Source: Epiperipatus broadwayi (Eukaryota > Animalia > Onychophora). Taken from it: a stretch of 64,000 nt of DNA. Both the position numbers and the translations under genes were made by a program. The stretch spans positions 12,276,001 to 12,340,000 of the forward strand of contig JAQFVV010000004.1 in assembly GCA_028023455.1 (NCBI GenBank), in the 5' to 3' direction. The notes under the pieces were generated by a model, which did not search any database, was not told the origin of the DNA, and worked only from the letters and a program-made list of their open reading frames with translations. Below are positions 13,381 to 27,103 of this stretch, piece by piece (positions within the stretch are counted from its first letter, which is position 1; each line of letters starts with the position of its first letter).

Positions 13381-16300
13381 TTTTTTTTATTTTTTATGCA
13401 TTTCAATGCCCCCCCCTGGCGTTAATTAGGTCATGTGATTTTTGATCCCCCATGCTCAAGTTGTTAATTGGTTGAAGTTGGGTTTCAATTTAAAAATTAT
13501 GAGTTAAATTCTACTTATTTCTTCTGTTAGTTGATATCAATTAATTTAATATTAGAGATTTTTATGTTATATATATTAACTTTGTTTCTGATGGTTTTTA
13601 TTATATTTTTAATAGTTTGAATATGGAACGTTTTTACTTTATCTGGATATCCAAGGTCTAAAGCGCCCTCTATTATTATTATTATCATCATCATCATCAT
13701 TGAGGACAGAAGCAGATTACTGTATATAAAATCACAAAATAAAGTAGAACAAGTTATGAAAATTTTGTCTGATCACAATTAAATATAAACAAATAATGAA
13801 AATCCATTTAAAGTAATAAAGACTGATAAGTTGAATTTAAATTTAGTTAGGATTTTTTATTTATTTGTGTAAAGAAACATAATAATTTGATTATTTTATT
13901 ATATCTATTAGTACAATTATTCTTTAAAATCTGTATAGAATCTCTCTAAAATTCTTTGATGAAAATCTTGATAGAACTTTAATTTTTAAAAATATCTATG
14001 CAATAGTCAGTGATTAAATCATAAAAAAAACATGTGCTAAAGATGGTTTACTGCAGTAATATGTTCAACTCTTCTAGCTCTGTTGCTGCAATTATTCATT
14101 TCTATATATATGATGACCTGGCATATCCTTTTATTATCTATATAAAAGGCTATATTACATAGCCCTGGAATTTTATTTTCTTATTGCTCAACCATTATCA
14201 TTTTTTAAAGATACAGCTTAAAGATAAATTCCGAATTCCTAGACAAACAATAAAATTTTGTGTTTTTTTCATCAACAATATTTTGACATACAATATTTAA
14301 TATTAACTTTTAAAGTTATAATTTAATTTTTCTTTTTCATATTCTAAAAGAACAAAATAATTAAGTTTTCTCTCTATATATATATCAGTGTTTCTTATCT
14401 GATTCTATTTATATATAATTAGTTTTTGATAATATTCATAACGCAAACTATATTAATAAAGTAAAAGCATTAAATTTCATTCACTACTTTAATTTCTAAT
14501 AACTTTTAATTGGTATTAAAAACAGGAATTTTCTTACAATAAAAATACTTTATTATAGTTGAGCCATTTATTAAGTTCTCACAAATTTTATTATTCTAAA
14601 CAATAAAAAATATAATAAGGTATATTAAGTAACATTATAAAAATAAAACTGAACATACAGAGAATAAAAAATAAAAAATTCAGCAATAAAAGAGGAAATT
14701 ATACATTTTAATAATGTACTAAATTATAAAAGCTCAATTTTGATGATGAAATTTTGAGATTAACAAAACAATGTGACTCACTGGATTATTTTCGTCTTTG
14801 ATTTAGAAATACATTTTATATCTGTTAAGATAAAAACATATAAGTCATAAAATATCTATAGAATCTCACAATAAATTTTTATAATGCAATACAATACGAA
14901 ATTTAATAAATGCAATATTGTAAGAATAAAGAATCAGATAAGAAATTGTAGCAGAATGATTAATAAATATCTCCATACAATGGCCATGAATTTGAATTTG
15001 AGTCTAGACTAAGTGAACTTTGATAATTTTTCAAGTCAGATAAAAATTAGAATTTAGTTTGTGTATCTGATCTAAAAAAAGCTAATTAGTTATTACAATA
15101 TTGAATAATAAATGGAGATCTAATTACTGTTAACTATAGGGTAAAGATATTAAAGTTAGAATGAGTTTATGTATTAAATATAAAAATAAAAATACAATTG
15201 TGATGTTATGCAGTATTTATTAATAATGAAAGAGATGTATTAGTTTTATAGGCATTGACCAATGACTCAATTTCACTTTTTGCTATAAAAAAGCTAAAAA
15301 TCATTTAAATAATCATTAGTTTCTAATTTTAAAATTAATCACCATCAAATAGCATCACACTTATAAACCATTTGATTCGGTTCTTTTCTTATTTCCAAGA
15401 GGGAAAAAACTGATCAGATTTGTTTGAAAATATGAATTTTCTTAGCTTATTTTATATTCACTTTGAAGAAGCTGCAATTAGTCATTTTCATTTTGACAAG
15501 TGAGAAAGTAAAGATGAAAACTTTTGACAGGGTTTTCATTTTATCAAATCTATCAGTACTTGTTTATGAAATTTAATCAGCTGAACAAAAAAAAAAAACG
15601 AACATTTCCTTTGACAAAAAAAAAAAAAACCTAAAAATATCACTCATAGTTTTCAACCTTATTGTGTGAATAAATCAGAGAGATTTCAAAATGTCAAATA
15701 AAGAGAAAGTACTTTATTATAAATAATAAATAGAATCAATGCTTTTTTCCCCTTCAAATATTTATATAAGATGTACTTTCATAATAAGAACAAATTAAGA
15801 AAATATTTTTGATCTAAGTTCTTTTCCTAAAAAACATCTTCATCTAGTCATATATTAAGAATGTTTTAATTTCATATCCATTTAATATTTTTTAAAAAAA
15901 TTGAAAATCTGATAAAAATAATACAAGAAAAAGTAATAAATTCAAAATCTTAAGACTTCAAAAAAAAAATTTACAAAATCTATCACTAATTTGGATTATA
16001 CGGTAGTAAAAAATCATTATTTAAATATAAATGGACTGATTTTGTTTAATATCTTCTCAGTAATTTTATACTCTCATCATCATTAGTAACAGGTCTCTCA
16101 AAAAAGTAATCCCCAAAAGAAAAATATATAGAAAAACAAACAAAAACACATTAGATATAAATTTTGTGATGATTATACAAACTAATTTACGACTCATAGC
16201 TGTGTCCACATATAGAAAACACTGATCCATTATTCTATATAGTTGATATTTTGTGATGCTGTCTTCAAACAAGCAGAAATTTTTTTTCTAAAAATATAAA

Positions 16301-16641
16301 TCCTTATATCTAATTGCAGCTTTTCAATGTACTCTAAGAACATTTTAAGACTTTAACAAATAAAGAATTAAATAACAAAGGCAAACACTTTTGTTATAGA
16401 TGCATGCTCATTAAAATAATTAAAAATGGATATTTTTATTTGATTGTTTTGTGCTGACATTAACATCGATATATATATTTTATCATCTTGGATAAAATAT
16501 GTATATATACTCAGAACAATATCTCTTGATAAATTTAATTTATATTGAACCACATATATACAAGAGAATTAATAAGAGGAAACTTTAATTAGATTACATT
16601 TTGAAATTAAACAGATATATTATTACTATTAATTTATATAT

Positions 16642-16849
16642 ATAAGGGATTCAAACTCAGATTTTCACATGACCCTCAACTCTCCATGCCATCTCATATT
16701 GCTGACCACATGTTGAAAAAATAAATGACCACCAATTTTGTGCTAAAGCAGCACTCATCCGTTGATCCAGATTACCATCTCCACACATATATACAACCAG
16801 TGCTCGGCTTTATATTAAGATAGCCAATCTTCATACTTTAATGAACAGG
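16642..16849 (-). repeat. HHR repeat family A copy
   Basis: Minus strand at 16730-16770 reads UCAA CGGAUGA GUGCU-gcuuu-AGCAC AAAA...UUGGUG: intact stem II, stem III deleted. Flanks match the other copies. Confidence 0.85.
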
Positions 16850-16896
16850 ATTATAATTAAATGGACTTTTTTCTGATATCATACAAATATTTCAAG

Positions 16897-17143
16897 GTAA
16901 TATATTAAAAATAATAATTCAATAAAAAATTATTTAATAAGACAACTTTTATAATAATATATTTAATTTCACCAACCCGGATTTCACCCCCATACTGGAG
17001 CCTTATCAAGATGTAAATACATCTTGATAAGGCTCGATAAGGCTCCAGTATGGGGCAAAATCCAGATTGGTGAAATTAAATATATTATTATAAAAGTTGT
17101 CTTATTAAATATTTTTATTGAATTATTATTTTTAATATATTAC
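16897..17143. repeat. About 115-bp-arm fold-back with a U3-A8 hammerhead-like motif on each arm
   Basis: Near-perfect inverted repeat centred at about 17015. Arms read CAUC UUGAUAA G GCUCC-aguau-GGGG(C/U) (G/A)AAA UCC(G/A)G(G/A) UU GGUG. The right arm carries a 10-bp duplication (gataaggctc). Confidence 0.85.
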
Positions 17144-18059
17144 ATTGCAAAGACAACATTATGAACAAGTTTTGTTTTGAAATTTGATCATTTTTTTGAT
17201 ATACAGTATTTCAAGGTATATTTGGAAGATAGATGATCAAACATATTCAGCCATAAAATTTTGCCCAAATTCAGCATTGAAACATTGTCACAAAATCAAT
17301 ATACTGCAAATAAAATAAAATCTGTATGAAGAATAATTGAGTGTATAATTTCAAATATATGTCCTTGTCTTAAACATATATAATTTACTGACCTACAAAA
17401 ATGTGTGTAAATTTGAACAGTGACTTATAATTTTTTTTCGATTCATAAAATTAATTTCACAATACTTAATAATCCTATTTATTTCTTTTAAAAATTAATA
17501 GATAAAGAGTCATAATCTCTAAACTATAGCTGAGCCACATATTTATTTAATTATTAATTTATTTTGTTATTGTCTGATTTACTTTATTTTAATTATTAAG
17601 TACTTCATTATATGTTCTCTGCATGTGTTTTGTTAAAGTATAATATTTTATTTATTTGGTGGTTCTCATTTCAATTCATTCAATCATTCAACCATTTATT
17701 TAACTTACTATACAACTGATAAAAACAGTATTGTGATGGGTTAAAATTTAATTTCATCACATGATCTATTAATCTTAACTGATATAACAATTAGGGTTTA
17801 GTCTTAGGATTTATATTTCTGATGTGTTTGCTATAATAGGATAATGCAATGAGTAGAAGTCTTAGCAGGGCAAATTATATATCGATATCCAGATTAATAT
17901 AAGAATTAGAAATATTTGTAAATCTGGATAAATAAATTATATTTACTCATGCTCTATTATATACATCTCTAATATCCTAGACAATAGTTAAATCCATCTC
18001 AATGAAAACAATCTATATTGTATTTGTTTATTATAATGTTTTTGAGATAAAGATTATAA

Positions 18060-20750
18060 CATAAGCAACAAAGATTTGCCTCTTCTATGGTAGCCATGAA
18101 ATACTTTTTTTAGGGAATCTTATATTGTTCATTTATTTCGCATATACAAGTCAATGAATATATTACTTTACAACAAAGGACATTATACTAACACATACAG
18201 AAAGTTAAAGAACATGTTGATTAGTTCTAAAGACTCAGTATTGTATTTTTGGAATTTTATAAAGCAACCTACATATAATATTTTTAATGCTTTGATATTA
18301 TATTTATAGGGTGGTCCAAGACTCTTCTATGAAATAAAGTAGGTAAGAAAAAAATTCTATATATATACTTAAAACAATTATTTCTTTATAATAAATAACA
18401 TATTTTAATTTTAAGACAGTAATTGCCCATTGGAGTCTCTGTTTCCCCTTAATATCTAAATCCGTTTTGCCATTTAAAAAAGCTGTCCAGATACTTAAAT
18501 TAGCTCCCATTCTCAAATTAATAATTATCCAAGCTGAACATAGCTGAATACTTTTTGTCCATTAGTGATTGATAAAGGAAATATTTTTATCTGTATTAAT
18601 TACCAACTCAACGTCTTTATATGTTGTCTTCAAATTATTAAGTACATTCTGTAAAACACAATTCAATTGGAAAAAAAAAAAGATAATCATCAGCCTACAA
18701 TAAAACAAAAGCCAAGAAGGTGAAGCTCTTGGTTTTGTGGTTAACTGATTCAAATTAAAAATTCCACCATCAAATCTGTATAACACCTTATTGTCTCTTT
18801 ATTATGCTACTTATAAACTGTTCCAAAGGCTTCTCAAAAAAATGAAAATTTGCAAACTAGTTTGCATCTTTGTTCAACCCCAATTTTCATTTCAAATGCA
18901 TAACTTTCCACTGTAATAATAATACTTCTTTTCATTCCATTACACAGAACCTGTATATTACAAATAAACGTTGTGAGCATTCACTTAATATCAATCAATG
19001 CCATAGACCAATTAAAATCAAATACCTTGACCACAAAATAAACAAAATATATAAATCACTTTTTTGTTCACAAAACGTTTATTAAATTTGCCTGGCAGAC
19101 AAAACCATGTGTGTTGTATTTCTTCATTCTCTAAATGATGCTGTTTCTGATATCTATTCACTTATATTATGAATAAGCAATCTAATAAAATCCTTCAAAG
19201 TTCCCTTGCTATAGTAAATATCAATGATACTATATCATAATTATTGTAGTCTTAACTACTTCTTTATAATAGAAATATCCATAAAATCAGGCAAAACATA
19301 ACTTAATGTCCGTATATTTCTAAAAATTCCAATATTTTTGAAGCTAATCATATTAGCACCATAATTCAAAAGTTCTGTAATCATCTCTTCAAGAGCTGCA
19401 GCCCTTCTCTTTTTTAAGAATAAAAAGAGCTGTTTTAAATTTACAAATATGAATATCTTTGTCCAAATCTAAGTGATTACATGTAATGGATAAATCATTA
19501 AAAATGGTCTTATCAATTTATATATTATGATACAGAAAATGGTCAAAATTCTCCCACTTCTTCAAAATATTATTATCATCCTCTAAAAAAGTATCACAAA
19601 TAGATATAATAGAATTATGGTACCATTTTTCAAGTCCATATGTAACTTCCAATGCATTAAAATAGATATAAAGTGCTCACAATCAGTAACAATACTTATC
19701 ACTTTTGCACTTTTAATACACCAATCATTTTTATTACTGTTAAATTTTTGCCTTTAAATTTCCATGTTGATTATGAAGCTCGACATTCCATTTATTCTTT
19801 TGACAACCAGAAAGAAACACATTTCCTTTTAATCAAACCACTAATAACAATTTCATTTTCAGAGAACCAGTTGTGATCCTTGTTTTTAGTAAACCAATTA
19901 TTACATTTACATGTATTCATAAAACGTTCATTAAAAGAATTCCACGCATGACAATTGTGAAAATCTAAACCAGAAATTTGTGTTCAATATCTATTAAAAC
20001 TTCAGTATGAATATTAGATGCTTGTAAAAAATAAACATCAAATTTCTTGAGAATGTAGTTAAAATTAGCTCTATTTTTAATACAACTATTATCTTAGCCC
20101 TATGTCTCATGAAATTCTCTTGTATTATGAATCATAACTATAATATAATTCCTTTATAGTGATTTTTCTGTATAAATAATGTGTTGTGATAATTAACCCA
20201 TATCTTGCACAAAAATACAAAGCAGTTGAGTTTACATCATTAATATCATTATTTCCAATGACATTAGACCAAAGTCTACAGGGTTATCAGTCAATCACAA
20301 AATGATTTATAGCTCTTTTTATTGCAGAAGTACAAAAAAGATTAAAAGGAGAATGAAACAAAGATTAGATAAACTTAAAAGAAAATTTTATGATGTCTAC
20401 ACAAATCAATCATTAGACACATGTATGACCACATATAAGCCATGCTAATTACTTGGTCTAATTATGTGACATCTTATAAAGCATTACAATTTCTTTTACA
20501 GCAAAAGATTATTTCTGGAAAAAAAAATCAATATTTTACCTAATGCAACTATAAACTATATATTTTCTTATACTCCAGTTATAACACCTTTTGATCATGT
20601 CTATTTGCTGTTTTCCATTGAATTCTAAACTCATAAATTTGTTCACATTAATATTAACCAACATATCATTTTAATAGTATTTTTAAAATAATCTTTTTAA
20701 CATAAATAGAATATATCTCTCCTATCAAAATCCAGACAATATAAATGTTA
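18060..20750 (-). mobile_element. RTE-clade LINE remnant (endonuclease + RT)
   Basis: Minus strand in order: ALYFCARYGLIITT, EMITELLNYG, DYNNYDIVSL, KVFD, KIGVEQRCKTSLQIF, LL*ADD (about 18685-18700), FKYLD, LLYFIEESWT, MNNIRFPKKVFHG. Confidence 0.85.
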
Positions 20751-21231
20751 CATTAGGTCAGAAATTATATTTTCTAATGGTATAAAATGTGATGTGGTAA
20801 TTATTGAAAAAGTAAATATAATATATGTATTCAAGTATATATGATCAATAGCAGATCATGATAAATTATTGAAAAATTAATCTCTATTAATTGTTCTGAT
20901 GTATATCACCACATCACAAATATTTTTTAAGTTCATATCCATTATGTACAAGATGTATGCAATAATAAATAAAGTTACAGCAAACTTCTACTCCAATGAC
21001 CATTTTTTAATAGTAAAATCTCAATTCTATAACAAATATAGATTTTATAACAAAAGTTAAAAATTACTATCAGCCCAAGAATGCATATAATCTATCAAAG
21101 CCTTTACACTTTGACTAAAACATCCATCATTATTTTCACTATAGTATGTAAGATTAAATTATCATTTCAGTTCTGTTATTTACTGATTTTCACTTTTTGC
21201 AATATATATATATATTTCATGTGTCATAGCA

Positions 21232-21303
21232 TTGGCCAGGAAGCAAACCCGCTAACCTGGGACAACTGTATGTAAAGCAGCTATGCTGATCTCTTGACTA
21301 CCA
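21232..21303 (-). mobile_element. tRNA-derived SINE head (decayed)
   Basis: Minus strand GGTAGTCAAGAGATC...GCGGGTTTGCTTCCTGG: an A-box-like and a CpG-decayed B-box-like (GGTTCGANNCC) motif at tRNA-like spacing. Confidence 0.5.
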
Positions 21304-22519
21304 ACGCTTGTCAAAAATATATTTTAAAATTATTCTGATATATTATGCTATATAATATCAACCATGAAGTTACAAAATAGTGTGAAAAGCTAATTAACTT
21401 AGACATTAAAGAAGACTGTCTACATATGAATAAAACATCTTCCATTTTATTATAGAATGGTTGATAAAAGTTTTCACTAGAGAAAGTACATATGGTTTTC
21501 AACTGTACTGTGTTAAAAATTAAGTTAATTTTATATTTACCCTTACAATTTTTAATTTATATTGCATTTTTTCTTGTTTGAATAGTTGATGGATGGTAGC
21601 ATAGCTACAGGTAAAAAATCTTGAATGGATTAATTATAAATAAAATATAATTTCATATACCATTACAATCTGAGGGCATCAATCTCATGAAGACATTCTT
21701 TGATGTTGGTTTTTGAAGTCAATGATGGGAAAAGTTATTTTGTTTTGTTTAGATATATCTTGTATAGTTCATTGAATTTCACTTGGAAAGATCTATTTGT
21801 TAATGGATGCAAGCACGATTGGGAAAGAATTTTAGAAAAATTTTGTTTTTTGGCTAGTATTGTAATATTATGTGAATATCTATTTTATATATTTCAATGT
21901 ATTTTTGAGTAAACAAATATTACAATGAACAAAATTCTACAACTAATGACATTCAAACCAGCATAACCACCATATTTGATTTACTACATTTCTTATGAAT
22001 GATTAATTGAACAAAATTCATTTCTCAATCCTTCATGTTTTCATCATTACACATGATGTAACTTTTTTAAATCTACTCAAATTTTTATTCAATTTGTCTG
22101 CAGAAAACATTAGTACATATATTTTAAATAAAATTGCAGAATTTTCTCATTTCTTCAAGCTGCTAGATCAAATTTTTGATGTTTCATATTTAAAATTTTC
22201 CATTTTATTGTAGAAAGTACTGCAGAGAAAATTTCAAGTACATTTTTTTAATAACTTCATTTATTAAATCACCATATTTATGCAATGATATACTAATGTT
22301 CAAAGTATTTTTTTAAACTTTTTTCTAATAGTATCTCTTGTTGTATTGTTCTGTAGCAAAATATGTCACCTTATTCACTTTACAATAATCCATTTGTAAT
22401 ATATATATATATATATTGAACCGGATACTTCCCATCTCAAAAGTTTAAAATTTTAATATTTATTATTTTTACATAATAACTGAAACACAGGCTTAATATA
22501 TACCATGTGTCTATATATG

Positions 22520-22692
22520 TAATATAGGGTATATGAGCACAGACTTTCACATGACCCACCACTCTCCAATCCATCTAATAACACTGATACACTCAAGCAC
22601 ATATATGCTGAAAAGATAAATAATCACCAATATACGTATTTCATGCTAAACCAGCAATCATCAGTTGGTCCAGATTATCATCTCCCACACAT
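22520..22692 (-). repeat. HHR repeat family A copy
   Basis: Homologous to 46812-46985; contains the best-preserved family A hammerhead. Confidence 0.9.
22627..22668 (-). ncRNA. Minimal type I hammerhead ribozyme motif (family A)
   Basis: CCAA CUGAUGA UUGCU-gguuu-AGCAU GAAA UACGUA UA UUGG: complete core, stem I (5 bp, ACCAA/UUGGU, including one flanking pair), stem II 4 bp with a U.U closing pair, palindromic stem III. Predicted cleavage between 22631 and 22630. Confidence 0.8.
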
Positions 22693-23099
22693 AAGAAAGG
22701 TATATTCACACACTTATTTATTTTATTGTCTGTAATTTGTTTTGTTGAAAAATTGTGATTCAAAATCTTTTGAGTTTATTTTATAAAAAGAAAAACTAAC
22801 ATTTTACTTTATCTATTGAAAGTTTTTTTTTTTAATTAAAAGAAAATTTATTGTATTATTGTTTCTGGAAAGTTTTTTTTTTTTTTGATCAATTGAAAAG
22901 TTATTTGCATTTTTGTTGCTTTGATATGAATCTATTTTATCTAAAAGGAGCGGAGGTTTAATTAATTACTATTTTTTTTAATGAGATTTGCTCTAGGCTA
23001 AGATCTCTAATTAAAAAAAAAAGATCGTGTGGGAGATAAAAAAAGAAAAAAAAGAAAAGGACTGATTATGCTAGTAGAGAAGAGACTTAAAAATTAGTC

Positions 23100-24350
23100 T
23101 AAAAATGGCCTAGATTATTCTGGGAATAACAACCTCACTAATTTTTGTTTGTCAACTGATTTCTAATGGTTGTTTTATATTAGCTTACAAAGATGCTTAT
23201 TTAATTGCCAGACTTGTCATAGTTTTGAAGGCTGTGCTGTTTGCTTCCATGACCCAGAGTGAAGAGACTTTATTCACTTATATGTCGAAAGGATCTTCAG
23301 ACGAACTCTTAGGATAGCCTACATTAGTTTGTGTTCACGTTACAAGTTGTCCAACTTCTACATCATGCAGGTTCAAACCTCGAGTATGTGCTGCTAAACC
23401 CTCTCTAGGCGGATCCTGATCTCCGAGCTGTTTTCCCCAATTATGATCTAATTAAAGCCTGAACTAAGACTAATTCTTCCGCACGCCTTCACCGCCACTG
23501 CCATTTAAAGAAAAGAATTCAAGCAATCTTACCGGAATCCATCTGTGAGTACTCACTGGACTTATTAGTACCATAAGGTAACTTATTTTATATTCGCACT
23601 GGGGCATATATCTCTCATAAGAACCTCCCCTCAATATAAAAGTAGCAATTGTATAAAATGTTCATGTCATAATTATGTAACATATTCTTTTATCTGTTAG
23701 GGTGTAAAAATATCTTTTAATTTAAATGGTATATTTTGTAAGTTTAAATTATTCGTTTATTATGTTCCAGAGCATGTATTGCAGATTTCTTTCATTAGCT
23801 ATTTAGATTCACCTTTGATTAATTTATATTCTTAATAAATATTGGGCAGATATTATTTGTTTTCTCCTTACTTACTGGTCTACTTTTGAGACACTCAATT
23901 AATTTAGAATACAGTAACTTGCCGCCATTGGGCTAATGTTTTCTCGATTAAATAAGCCTGGTTTTATCAACAACCGGGATTTTGATTTTTTTTTCTGAAA
24001 TTACGCAAGAAATAATTCTTTCACATTATATTTGTTCTTCTTGTAAGTGAATCAATCTTGGTAATTTTAAATGTAATTATCATGAGCTGTCCTGCAACAT
24101 ATGATGTCTCTAGATTCAATGTTCTAGAGAAGGCTCGTCCGTGCTGATTCATTGATATTTTACAAGACTAGTTTTTTTTTTAAATATTTAAATGTGAAAA
24201 GAATAATTTTTTTTTAATCAATCAAAAGTAAAGTTATGTCTCCTTTCCTGTCATTCTATGAGAGGATTGGTATATCTGCCGAAATGTTTATTGTCTTTTA
24301 TTTCATACATGCTCCATGAGAAAGTTGGGTCAAAGTTTTCTACTTTTGTA
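23100..24350 (-). mobile_element. Degenerate non-LTR RT remnant, possibly R2/NeSL-like
   Basis: Minus strand LLLID*KK (motif A, about 24200), KPGLFNRENISPMAASYCI (motif B-like, about 80 codons later) and RLKILSTY. Locally higher GC. Confidence 0.4.
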
Positions 24351-24633
24351 TATGTTTGAATTTTAATGAACTCTAAAATTTTTATTGTAAATCTAATAAA
24401 TTTTAACGTTATATTAAGTAACGCTGGTTGTTAGTTTATTTTTTGATTGTCTGAACAATTTATTAAGACCTCTTGCTATCTTGCTGAGTCTGGTTAGTGC
24501 CAGTCATCATCATCATTAACCTTTGATCATGGTAAATAAATTTTCCAGATATATAGGAATCTGGTGGCACCCTCCATGATCAAAGATAATTAAAAATATA
24601 ACCGACCATTACAATATATATATATATATGTGT

Positions 24634-25852
24634 GATACTGGTTAATTAGACACACCACTTGATGACATTGTTTATGTGCTAAAACACATAAAAATGCCAT
24701 TTATATGGTCCAAAGTTTACAGCCTATAGAACAGTTCATATGAGTCATTGTAGGACTATATTGCATTGCACATAAATATTATGGCCCACTGATGTGCTTC
24801 GTGACACTATGCAAATGCACACATTTCACAGATCACTACCATACCATGTGAGGGTGTATGGAATTCAACTGACAATAACTCTTGTAATCTGTGTTCGAAG
24901 TAATGATTTTACACCCTAGCTGATGTAGTATTACATTCTAATAATTGTAAGACTATCACTGCACTTCCCTACACAGCTTGGAAGGTGAAAAAAATTGCAA
25001 AAGTGTAGGGATAAGCACAATATCACAAAATTCATGCAAAAAAGCATATTTGCATGAGAACAGCTACAATACAAAACACAGCTTGGAAGGTGAAAAAAAT
25101 TGCAAAAGTGTAGGAACAAGTGCAATTTCACAAAATTTATGTGAAAAGGCATATTTGCACGAGAATAGCTACAATACAAATTAAATGGCTGAGCTTGCAT
25201 GTTGTTTTGAAAATCAGAAACTTGGTTTGATCAGAATACTGCATCTTTTGGACAATCCTTTGGTTCATCAAAAACATTGGCACCCAGCCTTGCACATTCC
25301 AGTGCTACGCGCTGACATTTATAATGTAATTTAAAAATGTAATTATTTGATTTCAGAAAAAATTAATTCTTACATTTTATAAAATAATGTTGGTTTGTAA
25401 ATTGTTTACAAATACTTTGCAGAATGTCAGCCTGTAATGTTTATAATAGGATCTTTTTTTTTTCAGATAAAGAGCAGCTATGAGACAACTAAAATTGCAT
25501 GTTGTTTTGGAAAGTCGTAATGTTGGTTTGATCAGGGTACTGCAACTTTTGGATGATCCTTCCGATGGGCAAAACCATCGGTCCCTGGTCCGTACATTAC
25601 AGCACTATATGCTGACATTTACAATGTAATTTAAAACGGTAAGTATTACCTTTTAGAAAACAATGTTGGTTTGTAAATTGTTTAAAACTAGTTTGAAAAA
25701 TGTCAACATGCTGAAATGTATAATGTAATTTAAAAATGTAATTATTCCATTTTAGAAAATAATGTTGTTTTGCAACGAAAAGTTGGGATGGTAAACAGCA
25801 TTTTTATGTGTTTTAGCACATAAACTACGCCATAAAGCAATCAAACAGTACC
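24634..25852. mobile_element. Non-autonomous TIR element with internal tandem repeats, between (TA)n tracts
   Basis: 27-bp exact subterminal inverted repeat TTTATGTGCTAAAACACATAAAAATGC at both ends, imperfect termini GATACTGGTTAATT / GGTACTGTTTGATT, internal 105-bp (24971, 25076) and about 300-bp (25195, 25494) direct repeats. Confidence 0.7.
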
Positions 25853-27103
25853 ATATATATATATATATCACAAATAGAACACAAAATCTATTCAGATGTA
25901 AATCATTTATCAAATAAATGGAATAAATTCTATATTCTCTAACAACTTTAGTAGATGTAGTATATTAATAGTTACCAAAAACCAATCAAATATTGATTAT
26001 ATTGTGTTTTTTTTGTCTTTTTTATAATGTCTTAATCTTATTTTATACAATCAAATTCCAGCTTAATAAAAAAGAAAAGAAAAACTATTAGAATCACATG
26101 AAAACATTTGCTTTCTAATTAGACATCTACAGATTAATAGTGATAAACAATAAGATGGTAATTTAGAAATCAATATAGTCAGTGTATTGATTTTAGTTGA
26201 GAAATTTTAAAGTTGCTTCTTTCAAAACATTCCAGCTTTATAATTAAATTAATTTCAAAAAAATAAACAACTATATTCATACAATATAAGTTTTGTGTAT
26301 AAAAATATATTTTAAATTATTTATTCATCTTCTGGAAAAGTATTGTTATGAAGTTTAGCATTTCTGATTACGATTATCTAATCTGGGTAAAAGCCAGGAA
26401 ATTTTTCACATTGCTGGAGGAATTGTGATTTTTCTTACTTGAAACTGATTCATGTTAAAGGAACTCAATATTGTTCAGTAAATTGAAAAATAAAAAAAAC
26501 ATAAGATCTTGAATATTTCAATTTATTATTTTAAAAATAAAATAATTATAACATAAAAAATAAAATAAAAAGAATTAAATAATTTTCTTAATTAAAAAAA
26601 AGGAATTATTTACAGTTACATAAAAGTAATGATATTTTATTTCTAAAAAAATTAATTTAAAACAACATAATGATTTTAGCAATTAAATTTGATATTAACA
26701 CTTCAACGCCTAACATTTTTCTTACACTGAAATTGATTTTAAATTCTATTTTATATCATAATGGTATAAAATGGCCTTCAACAAAATATGAGAGTTGTAG
26801 GCAAACCATGAATATGAAAAAAAAAAGTATGTTTTATGAGTGTCATATAAATAAGAATAAGAGCACAGGAATGATATTACATGCACACTCACATTTAACC
26901 TCCACTCCTCTATTATGCAGAGTATGAGATAAAGTTATGATTTGAGAGAATTTACATCAACAAAATATTAAAGATGAAAATGAAGGGAGATCAGTTTAAA
27001 CACAAATAAAATATATAACAAAGAATCATCTCTAAACTTTGCCTAAGACTGTTACAATAACAACACAATACAATGTAACACCTACCTACACATTCCTTTT
27101 AAT

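Larger units (their letters stand above)
8850..13430 (-). mobile_element. L1/Tx1-type non-LTR retrotransposon, near full length, inactivated
   Basis: ORF1 remnant with a zinc knuckle followed by ORF2 with APE endonuclease, RT and a C-terminal CCHC finger, all on the minus strand in the correct order; many stops, frameshifts and deletions. Confidence 0.92.

Noticed and set aside
8833-13440. TCATGTGAT at both ends of the L1/Tx1 element as a TSD
   Set aside because: The motif is common across the window, and the sequence after the right copy does not continue the family B repeat.
24971-25700. Repeated units as a CRISPR-like array
   Set aside because: Eukaryotic context; the units are long direct duplications without unique spacers, and no cas genes are present.
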